A stretch of 64,000 bases of DNA from Octopus vulgaris (GCA_951406725.2 OX597821.1:32798001-32862000), one strand, 5' to 3'; positions 1 to 15,091 are shown, counted from the first letter of the stretch. Notes: generated by a model not told the origin, from the sequence alone. Made by a program: numbers and translations.

Positions 1-517
1 TACGTTCCGATGTACTGAATTATTTGATAAAGTATAATTTGACTACTCATATGAATATCAAAAACTGAAACAAGTTCTTTAAAGCCAAAAAGGCGTGAAA
101 AGCAATATACAGCGCTAGGCATTGAAAAATATACTACCTTGAGCAAAATGTTTTTTAAACAAGTTTTCCTCTTCATTGTTACAAAGTGCGGAATGCCAAA
201 TTGTGCTACATGATTGTATTTGAGCGAATGCTCAGATTTCAATTAAAAAGATGGACAAACTTTTGGAATACGAGAGAGTTCTGCAGATAAGCCTGAAACG
301 TTAATTTCTGTGATAAGATCTTGTGGATATGTGAAAAATTCCTTTCAATGGCGATATGGTGCAGGGACGGAGCTACCGAGTGTTAATGTATTTCAAAGTA
401 TTTCAAAGTTAGAAATGCTTAGGTTCAAACGCAGAGCAACAACGAATAAACCAATAAAACCATTTATAAAGATCAATAAGCCACATTTAAACGTTTGATT
501 TAATAATCGCTGAAATA

Positions 518-817
<300 letters not shown>

Positions 818-1663
818 AATAATATGCCTTGTTATGTAAAGAAAATAGCCGCAAACTCAAATTCGTTTTTAAATAAACTTTAAAATATAGTACTCGTTTT
901 CTTTGAATAGCTCTTAAGAGCATAAACCTGTTGGTGTTGCATGTGGAAATATTAACAGGTCTGAAACGATATAACAATTAGTTGTTGTTTAATATATCTA
1001 ACAGTTTGAATAATAATTGCGAGTTATAGATTTTCGTTTTCATAGTCAAGTTGAAATCTCATGAGTTAAATTTCTTAGAAATTAAACCGTCAACGGAAGC
1101 TAATAAACGCTTCCCAAAAGTTTGGTTATCGATCGCCACTGTGTTAGATAACTATCCTGTCGCGGAGACATCGAGGCAAACTCGTATTTGTTTATAAGAC
1201 GACTGCTTGAGACTCCCAATTTTTTTACTAACGCCAGTATAACAGTATAATACAGAATGCTGTGTGTGACTTTTACCTTAGGTTGTACGTTAAGAATCTA
1301 AAAATATAAAACGAAGCTATGTAGGCCTATAGACCGACTTATGAACCAATAGTAGTCGTAAGTCGATGATCACCTGAATATACTATTACTGTAAAGGTTT
1401 CGGCGTTTTTTGAGGGTGAGACGCTTCTAATATTAGATATTTAGTTCTTGTCTGCGAATATGTGTGGTATATGCGTATGCATTCCTTTGTATTTTTGCGT
1501 GTGTGTCATATTGGTGAGAAATTATAAGTTTAAATAAATACGGGGAAAAGTAACAGAGAGAATCCTTCTTTATTATTTCAATATGAAATTTTCACCCGAA
1601 CAAATGTATTGAGTTCTTTCTTTTACAGAAACGCTTCAAATTACTCATGTATATATTCGATCT

Positions 1664-1667
<4 letters not shown>

Positions 1668-1729
<62 letters not shown>

Positions 1730-2038
1730 CGTTTGTGAGTGTGTGTGTGTGTGTGTTTTGTGGGTTTTGTGTGCATGTGCGCGCGGAAGCGACTGTGCAA
1801 AAATGGATGCAAGCAAAAGTATAGAAGCAACAGAAAAGATATGAGAGTGCGATGCGAATTTACACTCACACACCACGCGCACGCACACACGCAAACATAA
1901 ACATGCATACACACACACGCACATACACACATATATTTCCACACACATATGCGTGTGTTTATATTTGTATGAATGATTGCGTAAGTATATATGTATGTAT
2001 TTAAATCTCTCAACCTCTCTCACTCCCTCTCTCTCCCG

Positions 2039-2100
<62 letters not shown>

Positions 2101-2101
2101 A

Positions 2102-2184
<83 letters not shown>

Positions 2185-2336
2185 ATATATATATATACAT
2201 ATATATATATGTATATATATATATAAAATATATATATGTACATATATATATACATAGATATGTATATATATATATACATATATATATATGTATATATATA
2301 TAAAATATATATATGTACATATATATATATACACAG

Positions 2337-2385
<49 letters not shown>

Positions 2386-2460
2386 TATATACATATATAT
2401 ATGTATATATATATATATACATATATATATGTATATATATATGTATGTATATATACATAT

Positions 2461-2507
<47 letters not shown>

Positions 2508-2628
2508 CATACATATATATATACATATATATATATATACATATATATATGTATATATATATATGTATGTATATATACATATATACATACATATATATAT
2601 ACATATATATATGTACATATATATATAT
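1668..2628. repeat. Compound microsatellite block: (GT)n, (CT)n and long imperfect (TA)n
   Basis: Directly visible simple repeats; they account for the YIYIY/HTHT ORFs in the track. Confidence 0.95.
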
Positions 2629-3213
2629 AGAACGAGGAGATTATGTTAATGATAAAAAATAAAATACTTATAAATATTTAAGCACGCGCATGTGTACGTG
2701 TATGAGCGCGTTGGTGTGGGAGGGCGAACATGTGGGCGTGGGTGTGCATGAGTATGCTTTTGGGTTTGTGTACATGTACATATAGGGAGAGAGAGAGAGG
2801 AAGAGAGAGGGAGAGGGACAGAGAGTAAGACAGAGAGAGAAACAGAGAGAGACAGAGAGAGAGACAGACAGAAATACAGTGACAGAGAGCAAGAGCGTAT
2901 TCGAAGACTGAAAACTATTTTCTCCTCTGCGTTTATGCTAAACAGTTAATAACCAGATGTGGCTATCATTAAAAGAGAAAACATTTGCTTTCGTATAAAA
3001 GAAAGCTCTTTAATATATCATATTCCACAGGCCAACGTTGACATGTTTCTCCATTTCCTTTTGTATATATATCATCAACCACAATACAGTGCAGTTTGGG
3101 AATTAAATTAAACAATGATTTTGTAAGCATGTGACGTATACAACATAACTTCACAACAACCATATCATTGAATTGTATGTATATAAATGCATATACACAC
3201 ACACACACATATG

Positions 3214-3270
<57 letters not shown>

Positions 3271-3272
<2 letters not shown>

Positions 3273-3447
3273 TCTTTTACTCTTTTACTTGTTTCAGTCA
3301 TTTGACTGTGGCCATGCTGGAGCACCGCCTTTAGTCGAGCAGATCGACTCCAGGACTTATTCTTTGTAAGCCTAGTACTTATTCTATCGTTCTCTTTTGC
3401 CAAGTTACGGGTACGTAAACACACCAGCATCGGTTGTCAATACACGC

Positions 3448-3488
<41 letters not shown>

Positions 3489-3511
3489 TTATATATATAT
3501 ATATATATATA

Positions 3512-3553
<42 letters not shown>

Positions 3554-3671
3554 GACGGGCTTTCAGTTTCCGTCTACCAAATCCACTCACAAGGCTCTAG
3601 TCGGCCTGAGGCTATAGTAGAAGACATGTGGTTGGTAAGCAAGCTACTTACCACACACCCACTCCTACGCC
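3271..3671 (-). mobile_element. tRNA-derived SINE family A (internal TA microsatellite, TAAAAGAG tail), with internal deletion
   Basis: Reverse complement matches the copies at 10378-10786 and 21831-22262 (ggcggtgctccagcatggcc...ctgaaacaagtaaaagag tail). The block containing the B-box is missing. Confidence 0.9.
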
Positions 3672-4059
3672 TATACACAAATACACAAACACACACATTT
3701 GTATATGTGTTTGTAAATGAGTACGAGCCAAAGGCATCTTTCAATGGTCCATATGAAATCTTTTAAATACATCACACATACACATACATACATACACATA
3801 CATACATACACACACATTCTGACGCAAACATCTGAGTACGAATGAGTGCAAATGTGAGTGTGCACGTGTGCGTGTGTGTGTGTTCGGTTTGTTTAGACGT
3901 CTGTTTTTTACTTTAATGTCAATGTCTGGTGGTAAACATTGGTGAGTTGATCCACTGTTTATACGTATCTGAATATGCTTTTAACTGTGCCTGCTGAAAC
4001 TATTCATATATTCTTTTACATGGTTCAGTCATTCGACTGAGGCCATGCTGGAACACCGC

Positions 4060-4810
4060 ATGTCCAGGTCGTCCCTTAGAAAACTTGGTATTTTAAAATA
4101 GGTTTCAGTGATATATCTAAAACGTTGCTGAGTCTGTATGTTTCACAGTTCGGACCAGCTACGATTAATCTAAGGTCGGTGGGATATTGTAAGTTCATGC
4201 AACTTGAATTTGGTTCTTTTACATGCATTCTTAATTGTTAGATTCTTATGGATTTTGGGACACTGTAGGAGTAACTAGCATTGCAATCAAAATAGTTTTG
4301 GTAGTTACATTCTTTGTTTGTTAAACCTTTTTGATGCCTATCAATGAGTGTGTTCAGTTTAATCAGTGCCTTTGATTTTTGGTAATTATTTACCATTTCG
4401 TAGTGGGTGATATCTTGTAATATAGATAGTATATCTCTTTTGTAGTGTTCAATATCCATAATAGCTATAGTACTTCCCTTATCTTATTCCTTAATTAAAA
4501 TGTTGTTAATTTTTCCAGTTCATGTATAATATCCCATTCCTATCGACTGGTACTGGATTGATTTTAGAGTGTGGCAGTTATTTGTAAGGGAATGTAGATA
4601 TAATATACCAAAATATACCTAAAGCTTTATTCTTACCTTTCATTGCTCTTAATATATCTATTTGTGACATATCTATTATGCATATTATATTTTAGTAAAG
4701 ACAACTATCTTATCAGTACAATACAACTATCTGGTGTGCTTCATTTAATTAAATCGGTTGAAATCTTTAGGGTCATTAAAAATTAGTGAAACAGGTAGTG
4801 CACTGGTGCC
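4060..4810 (-). mobile_element. Degenerate Penelope-like reverse transcriptase fragment
   Basis: Minus-strand pieces NILIKE*DKGSTIAIMD..HY and PTDLRLIVAGPNCETYRLSNVLDISLKPIL match the PLE RT motifs (ADKG..V.MD; RPI..GP...T..LS..LD..LKP). Stops and frameshifts are present. Confidence 0.8.
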
Positions 4811-5237
4811 ACTAAAATATTGATCGAACTTGCTGCACGCACCTGTACAAATCATTATATTCGAGTTTATCTCTCATATCCTTTCCTTTTCAACATCTTA
4901 CCCTACGTCTGTTTATCCCTCCATTCGTCGTGTATTGCATCTCATCTCTCATTTCTTTCCCCATTCATATTCTTACTATCTGTCATTATTTCTAGCTAGA
5001 ATTCCTCTTTCAGCTTTGCACAAATTTTAATGCGTTTTTGTATTAGTGTTGAACACTTTAGAATATTTGATCAACTCAATGAGCAATGAGCCGGTAAGAG
5101 TTGCAATAACAACAATATTAACGAAAGAGAAAAAATTTTAGATTTTTTACACAGTTGTTTGTGAATGTTCTTCCATTTGGTAAAATGGGATGTAAATTGA
5201 GGGAGATTTTTGTACGCAATAACACTGTATTGCTTAG

Positions 5238-5445
5238 CATTATTATTGCTGCAAAGTAAGGCGCTGATCTGGCAGGTTCGTAAGTAGGCCGGACAAAACG
5301 CTTAGCGGAGTTTCGTCCGGCTTTATGCTTTGTGTTTAAATGCCATCGAGATCGATTTGCCTTTTATCCCTTTCAGGGCTCAATGAAATCAGTACCAGTT
5401 CAACTCCAAGTTCGAAATTACTGGCCTTGTGCCAAAAATTTGAAA
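5238..5445 (+). mobile_element. SINE family B, degenerate copy
   Basis: aaggcgctgatctggcag...tttgccttttatccctttc...agtaccagt resembles the 28273 copy. Confidence 0.65.
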
Positions 5446-5798
5446 TCATTATTATTGCTGTTGAAAATAAAAGATCGTGATCAACCACAATGTCCTTCAT
5501 TTTCCCATTGTTTTGTTGTTTTTTGTTCTTTTTAACTTGCTTGTTTTTAGAAAGATATGGCTGCTAGTTATATTGCCAACAGCGACAGAGCATATGATAC
5601 TTTGTTCGCTCGCATGTTTAGAAGTAACATGTTATATCACACAAAGTTCATTTCATGTCTTCTTCAAACATTGCTTCGATGTTGAAAGTTATCACATCGT
5701 TATCTTAGCTTTCTTGTTCCAACAAAATTTCGAGGAAATAAAAATTTCCAACAAGCTTTCCTTGCAAATATGGTGTTGATAATGTGCGACGCCCTTTC

Positions 5799-8282
5799 TC
5801 ATGAAAGAGAAATGATACCGTCAAAATCCAATCCAGCAATCACGTCATTCAAGGTGTTAACAGCTGTAAAGGGACAAAGAATTTTGCATGACGTTCTCCC
5901 TCGCTCTATTTCCCCTTCCTCCATCTTCCTCTTTCTCTCCCTTCCCTCTCTCTTTCTCTTTCTCTCTCTCTCAACCACAAAATGGAAGTCTGTAAGTTTG
6001 TAACAGAATGTATGAAACGAAGGCCAGTTTACGGATTTTATTTTCACGAAAGTTTTCCGAACAAATAAATGAATAAATGAGGCATAAATACTATTCAGAC
6101 AACATTAAAACAAAAGCTCTGAAGCATACTTGAAAACAACTAATTGACTATGATATAAATATGACGTTTTATACTGAAACGTTAGGTATATGAGCGATTT
6201 ATGGAAAGCAATCGAAAGAATTATTTTTATACAAAACTGTACGGTATAGTTTTATTAATTCATTTATCTTGTATACAGAAAAATTTTAGAGAATGTTCCA
6301 ATAATTCTAATTACACAGACATCCGTTTAACCAGACAAGGAAACACGTAATGAAATGCAACAGTATGTACCAGAAAAAGAATTATTATTCTCATTCAAAA
6401 ACCATAACAGTTATGAAATTTCCTTGAGATTTTGTCTCTTCTCATCGGAAAAGATGTCGTATGCTTACCAACACTATGTGTGTTGAGTGAGCAGGGGGAG
6501 TGTTTATGTGTATATACCTATGTGAAATGGTAGATATGTTTCCGTTTAACTGTTTTTACAAGAATTTTTGTGTTAAAGTATTTTTAGGTATAGCCATTAT
6601 GTACGGATTGCATACATTACATTAAACGTTGAGCTTTATTAAGTTGTTGGGGGCGCATGTAGAATATATACGTGTGTTTGTATGATTTTTTTATTCTGTG
6701 TATTTTGATATACAGAGAGAAGAAGAGAGAGATATGCTTAATAATCAATTGGTCAGCTATTATAAATAGTAACATAATGAATACAAATTTGAAAAAATAA
6801 TAAAATATAACAAATATAAAAATATCGAAATTTTACCGCAAAACAATGATTTAGAGAAATACCACCATCACCAGTACCAACACCAGCAATAACAACAATA
6901 AAAACAGCAAAATGACGAGAACAGCTACAACAACGAAATTGGTTTCCGGTAAAATTGGCTAATGATAACGGATAATGCTTTCTGTAACAATTTTGGTTAA
7001 TTATTGATTTGGAATTAACGGTTCTGTATGAAACTATGCTAAAATCCATGCGCGCGCGCGTGTGTGTGTGTGTGTGTGTTTGTGTGTATGTATGAGTGTG
7101 TGTATGCGTGTCTATATGAGTGTATGCATATGTGTGTGTATGCATGTAATTATACATGTATATTCATGTAATACAAATATCCTTAGAGTGTATTTTGGCT
7201 ATGATTCACTGTTCGCGTGTTTACAGAATGTATATACGTAATGTAAGTAACTGTGTTCGTGTGTGTGTGTGTAGTGTACGTATTAGGTGTATACGTATAT
7301 GTAAATATATGTGTGTATGTATGTAGAGAGAGAGATTGGTTGAAAGATAATACATATACATATACATACAAACACACATACACATATACATACATACATA
7401 AATAGATATAAATATAGGATATTTATGTATGTATGTATGAACGTATATATGCATGAACGTACGTATAATTTTAAGTATAGGTATCTAGATTATATATTAG
7501 GATTTATGCGTCTCTATATTGTGTAATGTATATGTGTCTATGTTTGTGCTCTGTGAACGCAGGTGACTTTGGGGAATTTTTATGCGTTTGTGAGTGTATA
7601 GCTTTTGCGAGCTGAACCTTATGCTTTTGTGTGTATGTTTATCATGTATGTTTAGGTGGTAGTGATACATTATATGAATTAACTTCGACCGTATGAATTA
7701 CTTACCTACACAATAGCGCTTTGCTATTTTGTAGAATAGAAAGAACGTCTGATCGTATGGACGTGTCTGGTTTACCATTTGAGTTTAACATTACTCGAAC
7801 CAAATGCCAAAAGTCAACAAACTATGGAAATTTGGACATCATCATTCTACAAAAATGTCACTTTTTAATGATTACCACATGAGCGATTATCTTTTGATAC
7901 AGACACAATGCAAGCTACGGTCTCGGGTTTTTTGGATAAAGTTTTCAGAAAAGTTTAACACTAATTCCGTGAAATATTCACATGTCCCGCTAATATACAT
8001 TAATTATAAAACACCTAGAACAGAGGGTGGACATCACTTGGAAATACAAAATCAGCGTAGGTTCCGACTTAGATTCAATGATACAGAAAGAGAAATTTGG
8101 CTGGAGAGAACAGTAATACCAACAATTATCAGAGGAATATGCATGTAGAGAACCATCAGACACGGTGTTCAGTTCCTGTAGATGATGTTGCAACTTCTTC
8201 CAACATATATACATATATATATATATATACAGAAGTGGAGTGAGACCTTTATATATTATGTATACGTGTTTTGTGAAATTTT

Positions 8283-8329
<47 letters not shown>

Positions 8330-8333
8330 CACA

Positions 8334-8389
<56 letters not shown>

Positions 8390-8438
8390 CAATTATATAT
8401 ATTTTTTTATTTATATCTATTTAACTATCTACATATCA

Positions 8439-8470
<32 letters not shown>

Positions 8471-9515
8471 TTCCAACTACCTCATCTTATAGACCAACAG
8501 ACCGAAACAGAAGAGCTTTGAACATGTTAGCACAGTTCAAACGATTCTTTGTTTATAATATGGTGTTGTGTTAATCAGTCGTTTCACATCGATACCACAG
8601 CCAAGTGGCTACCAGCGGAAGCTAGCTTATCGACTGCTCAGCCATGCGCAGTGATCATTACCAGCAAGTGATATAATAATACAGACGGTTTTCACAGTCT
8701 TTCTCTTAAAATTTACTTCCTAGTTTAGGCGTTTAACCATAATAATTACATCAAGTGTAGAAAAATAAAAAAAAAGAACTGCCAACTCTATAAAAACAGA
8801 TGAAAAAAAGATATAAAGATATTCAGACGTTAAAATATATTCAGATAGGTTGCATATAACTGAATTAAGTAGAAAATCGAAGATATAAACCGAATTTATT
8901 ATAATGACTAATAGCTTCGATGACAAGTGTATCTAGAAATACATCGGCAAAATCAACAACAACAGCAATAATAAATAGTTGAACAATTATATAGAGAGCA
9001 ATAACAAAAACAATGCCATCGACAAATACAATTTCAACACCGGCTTAAAGAAAATCGACAAAACTATTTATAGAAGCAATGCCTACATTATCAACAGCTG
9101 CAACAAGAGTAACTACACAATAGCATCGACCTTAACTACCACAACAACAACAACAACGACAAAATATCAACACCAGCGTCAACAACAATATGAACAACTA
9201 CAACAGAAGCAACAGCAACATAAACAAACACAACCACGACAACTTAACTTCGAGAATAACATAAACAATTACACGGAAAATATGAATAACTGCTACAATC
9301 AGGACATTATGAACAACCGCCATAACTACCGTCAGCACCACCACAACCACCACTATTATTACTACTACTACTATTATTACTACTACTACTACTACTACTA
9401 CTACGACGACGACGACGACTACTACTATATTCACTTTTCCTTTCAAGAATCTTTTAAATCTTGACACTACTTGGCATTCTTGTGACATTGTATGCAACAC
9501 ACTCAACGACCATTC

Positions 9516-9554
<39 letters not shown>

Positions 9555-9578
9555 CAGCAGTAGTAGTGGTGGTGGTAG

Positions 9579-9609
<31 letters not shown>

Positions 9610-9645
9610 CGGCAGTAGCAACAGCAGCAGCGGTGGTGGTAGTAG

Positions 9646-9688
<43 letters not shown>

Positions 9689-9710
9689 GGTGGTGGTGGT
9701 GGTGGTGATG

Positions 9711-9772
<62 letters not shown>

Positions 9773-10206
9773 TACTGTGTTTGTTGCTGCTGTTGTTGTT
9801 GCTGTTACATTAGTAGCAGTTTGTTGTGGTAGCAGCAGTGCCGAACCTGAATCAATTTTTTATTGAGTAAATAATCACACAGGATTAAACTTCCCCAAAA
9901 AAACACCAAAACATAAAAACGTTTCTGGCAACTATTACAACAATGGAGATTTTGTTCAGGTTAAACATGCAGTTCTAAGCCCATGAAGCTGGCAAGTGCT
10001 TGTATTAGAGCTGCTGCTATTGCCGTTGTTGTTGGTGTGTTGTTGTTGTTGTTGTGGTGGTGGTGTTCATGGTGGTCGTCGTGGTTTACTGTTTTGATTT
10101 GTCTTGCTTAGCACCAGAGCAGACCCGATCAAGCCTACCTATGATACAATGCATTTTAGCTGTCATCAACGTGTTTTTCTTTCTGAAAATCAGGACTTTT
10201 CATACC

Positions 10207-10251
<45 letters not shown>

Positions 10252-12247
10252 GCTTTGCATCCCGACTTATATATGGTCTTATCTTGGGGAATACGCTAAT
10301 AGTATTGCCTTAGGTAAATTGGACTTTAAATAGTGTGGACGGATGCCAATTTGAGAAATCTCTTCTACAATAATATTGTGCGAGTGGCTGTGTATTAAGT
10401 AGCTTGCTTACCAGCGACATGGTTCCTGGTTCAGTCCCACTGCGTGGCACTTGGGCAAGTATCTTCTACTATAGCCTCGGGGCGACCAAAGCCTTGTGAG
10501 TGGATTTGGTACACGGAAACAGAAAGAAGCCCGTCGTACATATGTATATGTATATGTGTGTGTGTTTGTGTGTTTGTGTGTCTGTGTTTGTCCCCACCCC
10601 AACATCACTTGACAACCGATGCTGGTGTGTTTACGTCCCCGTTACTTAGCGGTTCGGCAAAAGGGTCCGATAGAATAAGTACTAGGCTTACAAAGAATGA
10701 ATCATGGGGTCGATTTGCTCGACTAAAGGCGGTGCTCCATCATGGCTGCAGTCAAATGACTGAAACAAGTAAAAGAATAAAAGAGTATTCTAAAAAGTTA
10801 CCTCTACAATAGATGAAATGTGTTAAAGCTTACCGGTGCTATCACAGCATGGAAGAGTTAAGCGACATCTTCCACCGTTCGGTAGAAAAGCTAGACTTGT
10901 ATCATTTGACTATTTGAATGACACATTAAAAACTTTTTAAATAGTTCCTCGTTGTACGTGGGTGTTCTATATCACGACATGGTACCTATTTTAAGCGTCT
11001 GTCGAATAGTCAGGAAATATTTGTAGTTACTAACATTCAATAATTGTATTCTGATATCTTCAACTGCAGATTAAATCATTGTTTAGTGAATGAACATTAC
11101 AAGACATTTTCCTACATATTTTGTCAATATCTTTTGCCATTTCCATGAAGCTAATATATTTTCTATTACAAGGTATTTTAAGTGACGATTTAAAATTTTA
11201 TGGAAGCTTTAACAGCTATCTGTCAGCAATTGATAAAATACGCGTTAGAACAGCAAGATTTCGGTAGTATATTCTTGAATCCCGCTGCTATTTCAGTTTA
11301 GATCATTACACTCATTTTCCAGTCACTAAATAATGTCTTGTTTTACTTTCTAACAAATTATTAACACTCCATAATTTGTCAGTCAAAGATACCTTCCAGA
11401 TGTTGGTGTGCCATATTTCTTCGGCTAATTTCTTGATTTATTCTTGTTTACATATTTATTGCTGTATCCACGTTGTTTCCTTATATTTCTTTTTGATTAC
11501 CTACACTCCTCTCTAGGGTCTTCCACTTTATATTTCAAATTACCAGCACAGGGTTCATTTCCGATTTGTATTTGCTGACAATCGTAGAAACGTTACGTGT
11601 TTGCAGTAAAGTGTTTATATATTTTTCTTCATAGAAAACTTAGCTATTTTCAAATATGCAATCTATTTCCTCTCTGCTTGCATATTTTGCTTTAGTTTTT
11701 CTTTCAATAAATTTCGCAATATTGGATGCTTCATAATATTTTTCTCTAACATTCCTTCCTTTCTTTCATTTACATTGATATTTTTCATTTTCCTGATTAT
11801 AACTCATTTCCACATTATTTGCGTAAAAAATGTCAACTTGAAATATATTTTACGTTGTAGCAGCAGAGATAACAACATAAATTAACTGGTTACTAGTCAC
11901 CATGACCTGTGATTCTATGTTGTTTTTCATAACAAAGCTGAAGCATAGTACGAATTTGTATAGAATTCATTAACAATCTGGAGGAAAAAATATGTGGGAG
12001 CGAAATGTAAACGTAACAGTATGACCATTAAATGAAGAGACTTCATCACGAATGAAGAAATCAAATGAAAACCAACCTATTATTACGGAATACAATCTGT
12101 TGAAGACTGCAACGTCTTTAAATACAAGACACTCAGTCTCATATCTCATGCATTTATCATTAAACAATAGAAATGGCAGCAACACTATTTCAAAATATAC
12201 CCGGCTTCTGCTCTCTTTAGAAATGTAAAGACAAATAAGATGATCAT
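5799..12247 (-). CDS. Candidate multi-exon gene or pseudogene for a small secreted protein, possibly CUB-like
   Basis: Putative exons: 12247-12201 (MIILFVFTFLKRAEAG, signal-peptide-like), 11977-~11901 (LLMNSIQIRTMLQLCYEKQHRITGH, strong ttttttcctccag acceptor), 10909-10834 (SNDTSLAFLPNGGRCRLTLPCCDST, GTAAG donor) and 5863-5799 (AVNTLNDVIAGLDFDGIISLS*, ctttacag acceptor). Junctions 1-2 and 3-4 are phase-compatible; junction 2-3 is unresolved. Confidence 0.3.
9340..9775. repeat. Trinucleotide microsatellites (TAC/GAC/TAG/GGT)n
   Basis: Directly visible. Confidence 0.95.
10378..10786 (+). mobile_element. SINE family A, near full length
   Basis: A-box-like tggctgtgtatt, B-box-like ggttcagtccc, cttgggcaagt (CORE-like) segment, internal (TG) microsatellite and aagtaaaagaataaaagag tail. 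Confidence 0.9.
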
Positions 12248-13695
12248 GATTCGAAAGACTTTGAGAAATTGAAGGTCACATTGTATAATGAAGTCTTTTA
12301 CAAATATAGATCCAATTGTATTTTTATTCTGAAAGTGCACATTATTTGTTTTTATTTTTGAAGTTTTGAGTTCAAATCTAAACAAAAGCGACTTTGTATT
12401 ACATACGGTCTAGATTCTGTTATTTCATGCGAAAGCCGTTCTGCTGCTGAAAGTCGATATGTAAAAATATGGATTAGCTACAATAAAGGCTCAAAGTTTG
12501 AAGGGTATTTTTGTGCAAAACAGAGAGGAAAATGTCTATTCTTGTATGCTTTGAGTATTTTATTGAGAATAATGGCTTCAAATATATGTGCATTGTATAA
12601 TCATTCAGACTACGCTACTTCTTAGCTCTTGTTGCAGTACACCATGATTCTTCAAACTCTAGACGAATTTTGAAAGCGAGATTGATTTCTATTTTGACTG
12701 CGTCGGAACAATATATTTTATGTATCTTTTGTGTGGGGGTACGCTTATCATATACATACATACATAGTGAAATTAATGAACGCAAAATGAAAGAAAAACA
12801 TGGGAGGAACAAGTTTAAACAAATGTTATCGTAGGTTGATGCTTAAAAGGAATAGAAAGATTCATAGGGTATAGAACACTAGTCCGTAATCACAAGCAAA
12901 ATACATCAGAAAAGTATAAGACGAATATGACAGAGAAAAAGGGGTTGGAGGGGAAAAAAGACAGCGAGGAAGCTAGGAGCCATGAGGGAATGCAGCTCCA
13001 TTGGAAGTTGAAAAGGATGTGGGCATGGGATATGCCCATATAGGAGTTTATCCGTACTTTCAGACAAGTATAAGGAGGAGGCGTGTGTATGTGTTTCTTT
13101 AGAGTGATTGTATAGGTATAGAGGTGTGGTAATATGGAAGTGCGGAAGTGTAGTGGGTCGAGATAGCGGAGATATACGTTATGATACGTGTATTCCCTTG
13201 GAAGTCGAGGTGTGCAAGGGACACGGTGTGAGATGCTGTTGATACGGAAGTGAGAGAAGAAAGAAGGAAAATGGAGATAGAAAAATTGCAATCCAACATT
13301 GACTCATAAAAAAAATTTTTTGAATTTTTATGAGAAGAGAATGAGTAGGATGTGTGACGGAGCAAGGTGAAGGTTTTATTGGTGGGGCAAGTGTCGGAAT
13401 GTACATACGTACATGTGTATGTGAGTGTTTGTGTGTGGGGGGGTTGTTTGTATATGTGTGGGCGTGCGTTTGTGTGCGTATGTATGTGTGTGTGTGTGTG
13501 CATGTATAAATGTTTGTATATATGTATGTAAGTATTATACAGATATATATGTATACACATATATATGTGTGTGTGTGTGTATGTATTTATGAATGTATAC
13601 ATATATATACTCAATCAAGTGCAGCAATGAATTTATACATACCCACACAGTAAACATATTTACTATGCGTATGTACACACACACACACACACACT

Positions 13696-13829
<134 letters not shown>

Positions 13830-14269
13830 TATGTATATATTGTGTGGATGCATGTATGAAACATCACCCGATTTTAATTGAAGAAGTCGTACGATATAAA
13901 TGTTTCCATTAAAACAAAGGCTTGTCATTTTCAATAATATTCAAAAGGAATTGTGCTTATAGACCAATGCTGGATTTGTATACGGATTTAGACCGACTAC
14001 ACACAGCCCACATGTCACGCAACACTTTCAATTCAATTGCACTCATCAGTCACTACTATAAGAACTCATTAAAATAACACAACTCTCAAAAAAAAAAAAA
14101 ACGTACTATGAAGAATGACCATCATTAGACAATATTCTACAACTCATATTCTGTATTATCACCACACATAAACTATATAATACAAAGCATAATCTATATA
14201 ATACCCAGCCAGTAAAAAATCTCTAAACACTCCTACATAATGTTTGCCGGCATTGTAGCCTAAAGACGT

Positions 14270-14454
14270 CAGGCAACTCAGTGTGGCTGTGTGGCAGGAA
14301 GTTTGCTTCCCAGTCACATGGGTCTGGGTTCAGTCTCATTGCGCGGCATCTTAGACAAATGTCTTCTATTATACTATAGCTTCTAGCCGACGAGCTTCTT
14401 TTAGTTTCCGTCTACCAACTTCAATATCAAGGCTTTGATCGGCTAGAAGCTATA
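14270..14454 (+). mobile_element. SINE family A head with an internal inversion
   Basis: The head is on + to about 14391, then the next SINE segment appears inverted. It is bounded by the 16-bp inverted repeat tatagcttctagccga / tcggctagaagctata. Confidence 0.75.
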
Positions 14455-14477
14455 TATATATATATATATATATATGT

Positions 14478-14549
14478 TCTGTTGTGTCTGGGGAGAGTGA
14501 TTCTCTTTTAGTGTCTCTCACTCACAGATAAAATTTCCACTTATTTCTT

Positions 14550-14594
<45 letters not shown>

Positions 14595-14734
14595 ATTCTA
14601 TCTCTACTTTTTGTCGGGTAGCTATCTTGATTTTTCAGACAGCAGAACACGATGTTTCTCAATGTCTTGCTAAATAATATCTTGTTAAATAATAAAGCAC
14701 TAAAAGAGAATGACTCTCCCCAGACACAACAGAA
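14478..14734. repeat. Inverted repeat pair around a TA/TG tract (Penelope-terminus-like)
   Basis: ttctgttgtgtctggggagagtgattctcttttagtg (14478-14514) versus cactaaaagagaatgactctccccagacacaacagaa (14698-14734), with 1 mismatch. Confidence 0.75.
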
Positions 14735-14809
14735 TATGCTTCAACACACGAACTCATATAAATAATCTTGCAAACCAAATCCCAAAACATATATATATAT
14801 ATATATATA

Positions 14810-15050
14810 TTTACAGTGGCTGTTTTCTCGTTTACGAGCAAAGCTATTGCTGCAACGAATCATTGAAATGAGTCAATATTAATGCTATGTGAGGCCCCCA
14901 TATGAGCCCCGCCAAAGATTTACACATTTTATTGCATAATGCACAGCTGCACCGGCTGGCAAAAGGAACTGGTGCCACAGTATGAAGTCTTTTGACGCGT
15001 CTTTTTAATTCTCCAACTGAACGACACACAGGTTGCACATTTTCTATTGT
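14810..15050 (-). mobile_element. LINE C-terminal fragment with a C2H2-like motif, probably RTE clade
   Basis: ELKRRVKR...CSCALCNKMCKSLAGL resembles the C..C...CKS..GL..H end of RTE ORFs. Confidence 0.6.
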
Positions 15051-15091
15051 TCTGCTGTTCTGTTGTGTTCTGTTGTATATGTAAATATATA

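Noticed and set aside
310-498. 62-aa ORF
   Set aside because: GTG start, no recognisable motif and no supporting splice structure.
1592-2662. Long ORFs rich in Y/I/H/T/V, and similar poly-S, -T, -I, -M and -L ORFs throughout the window
   Set aside because: They are translations of stop-free microsatellites with no coding signal.
7990-8214. Minus-strand readings ELNTVSDG...NCWYYC and MVLYMHIPLIIVGITVL
   Set aside because: Short readings that end in stops without a good donor site; they cannot be tied to a gene.
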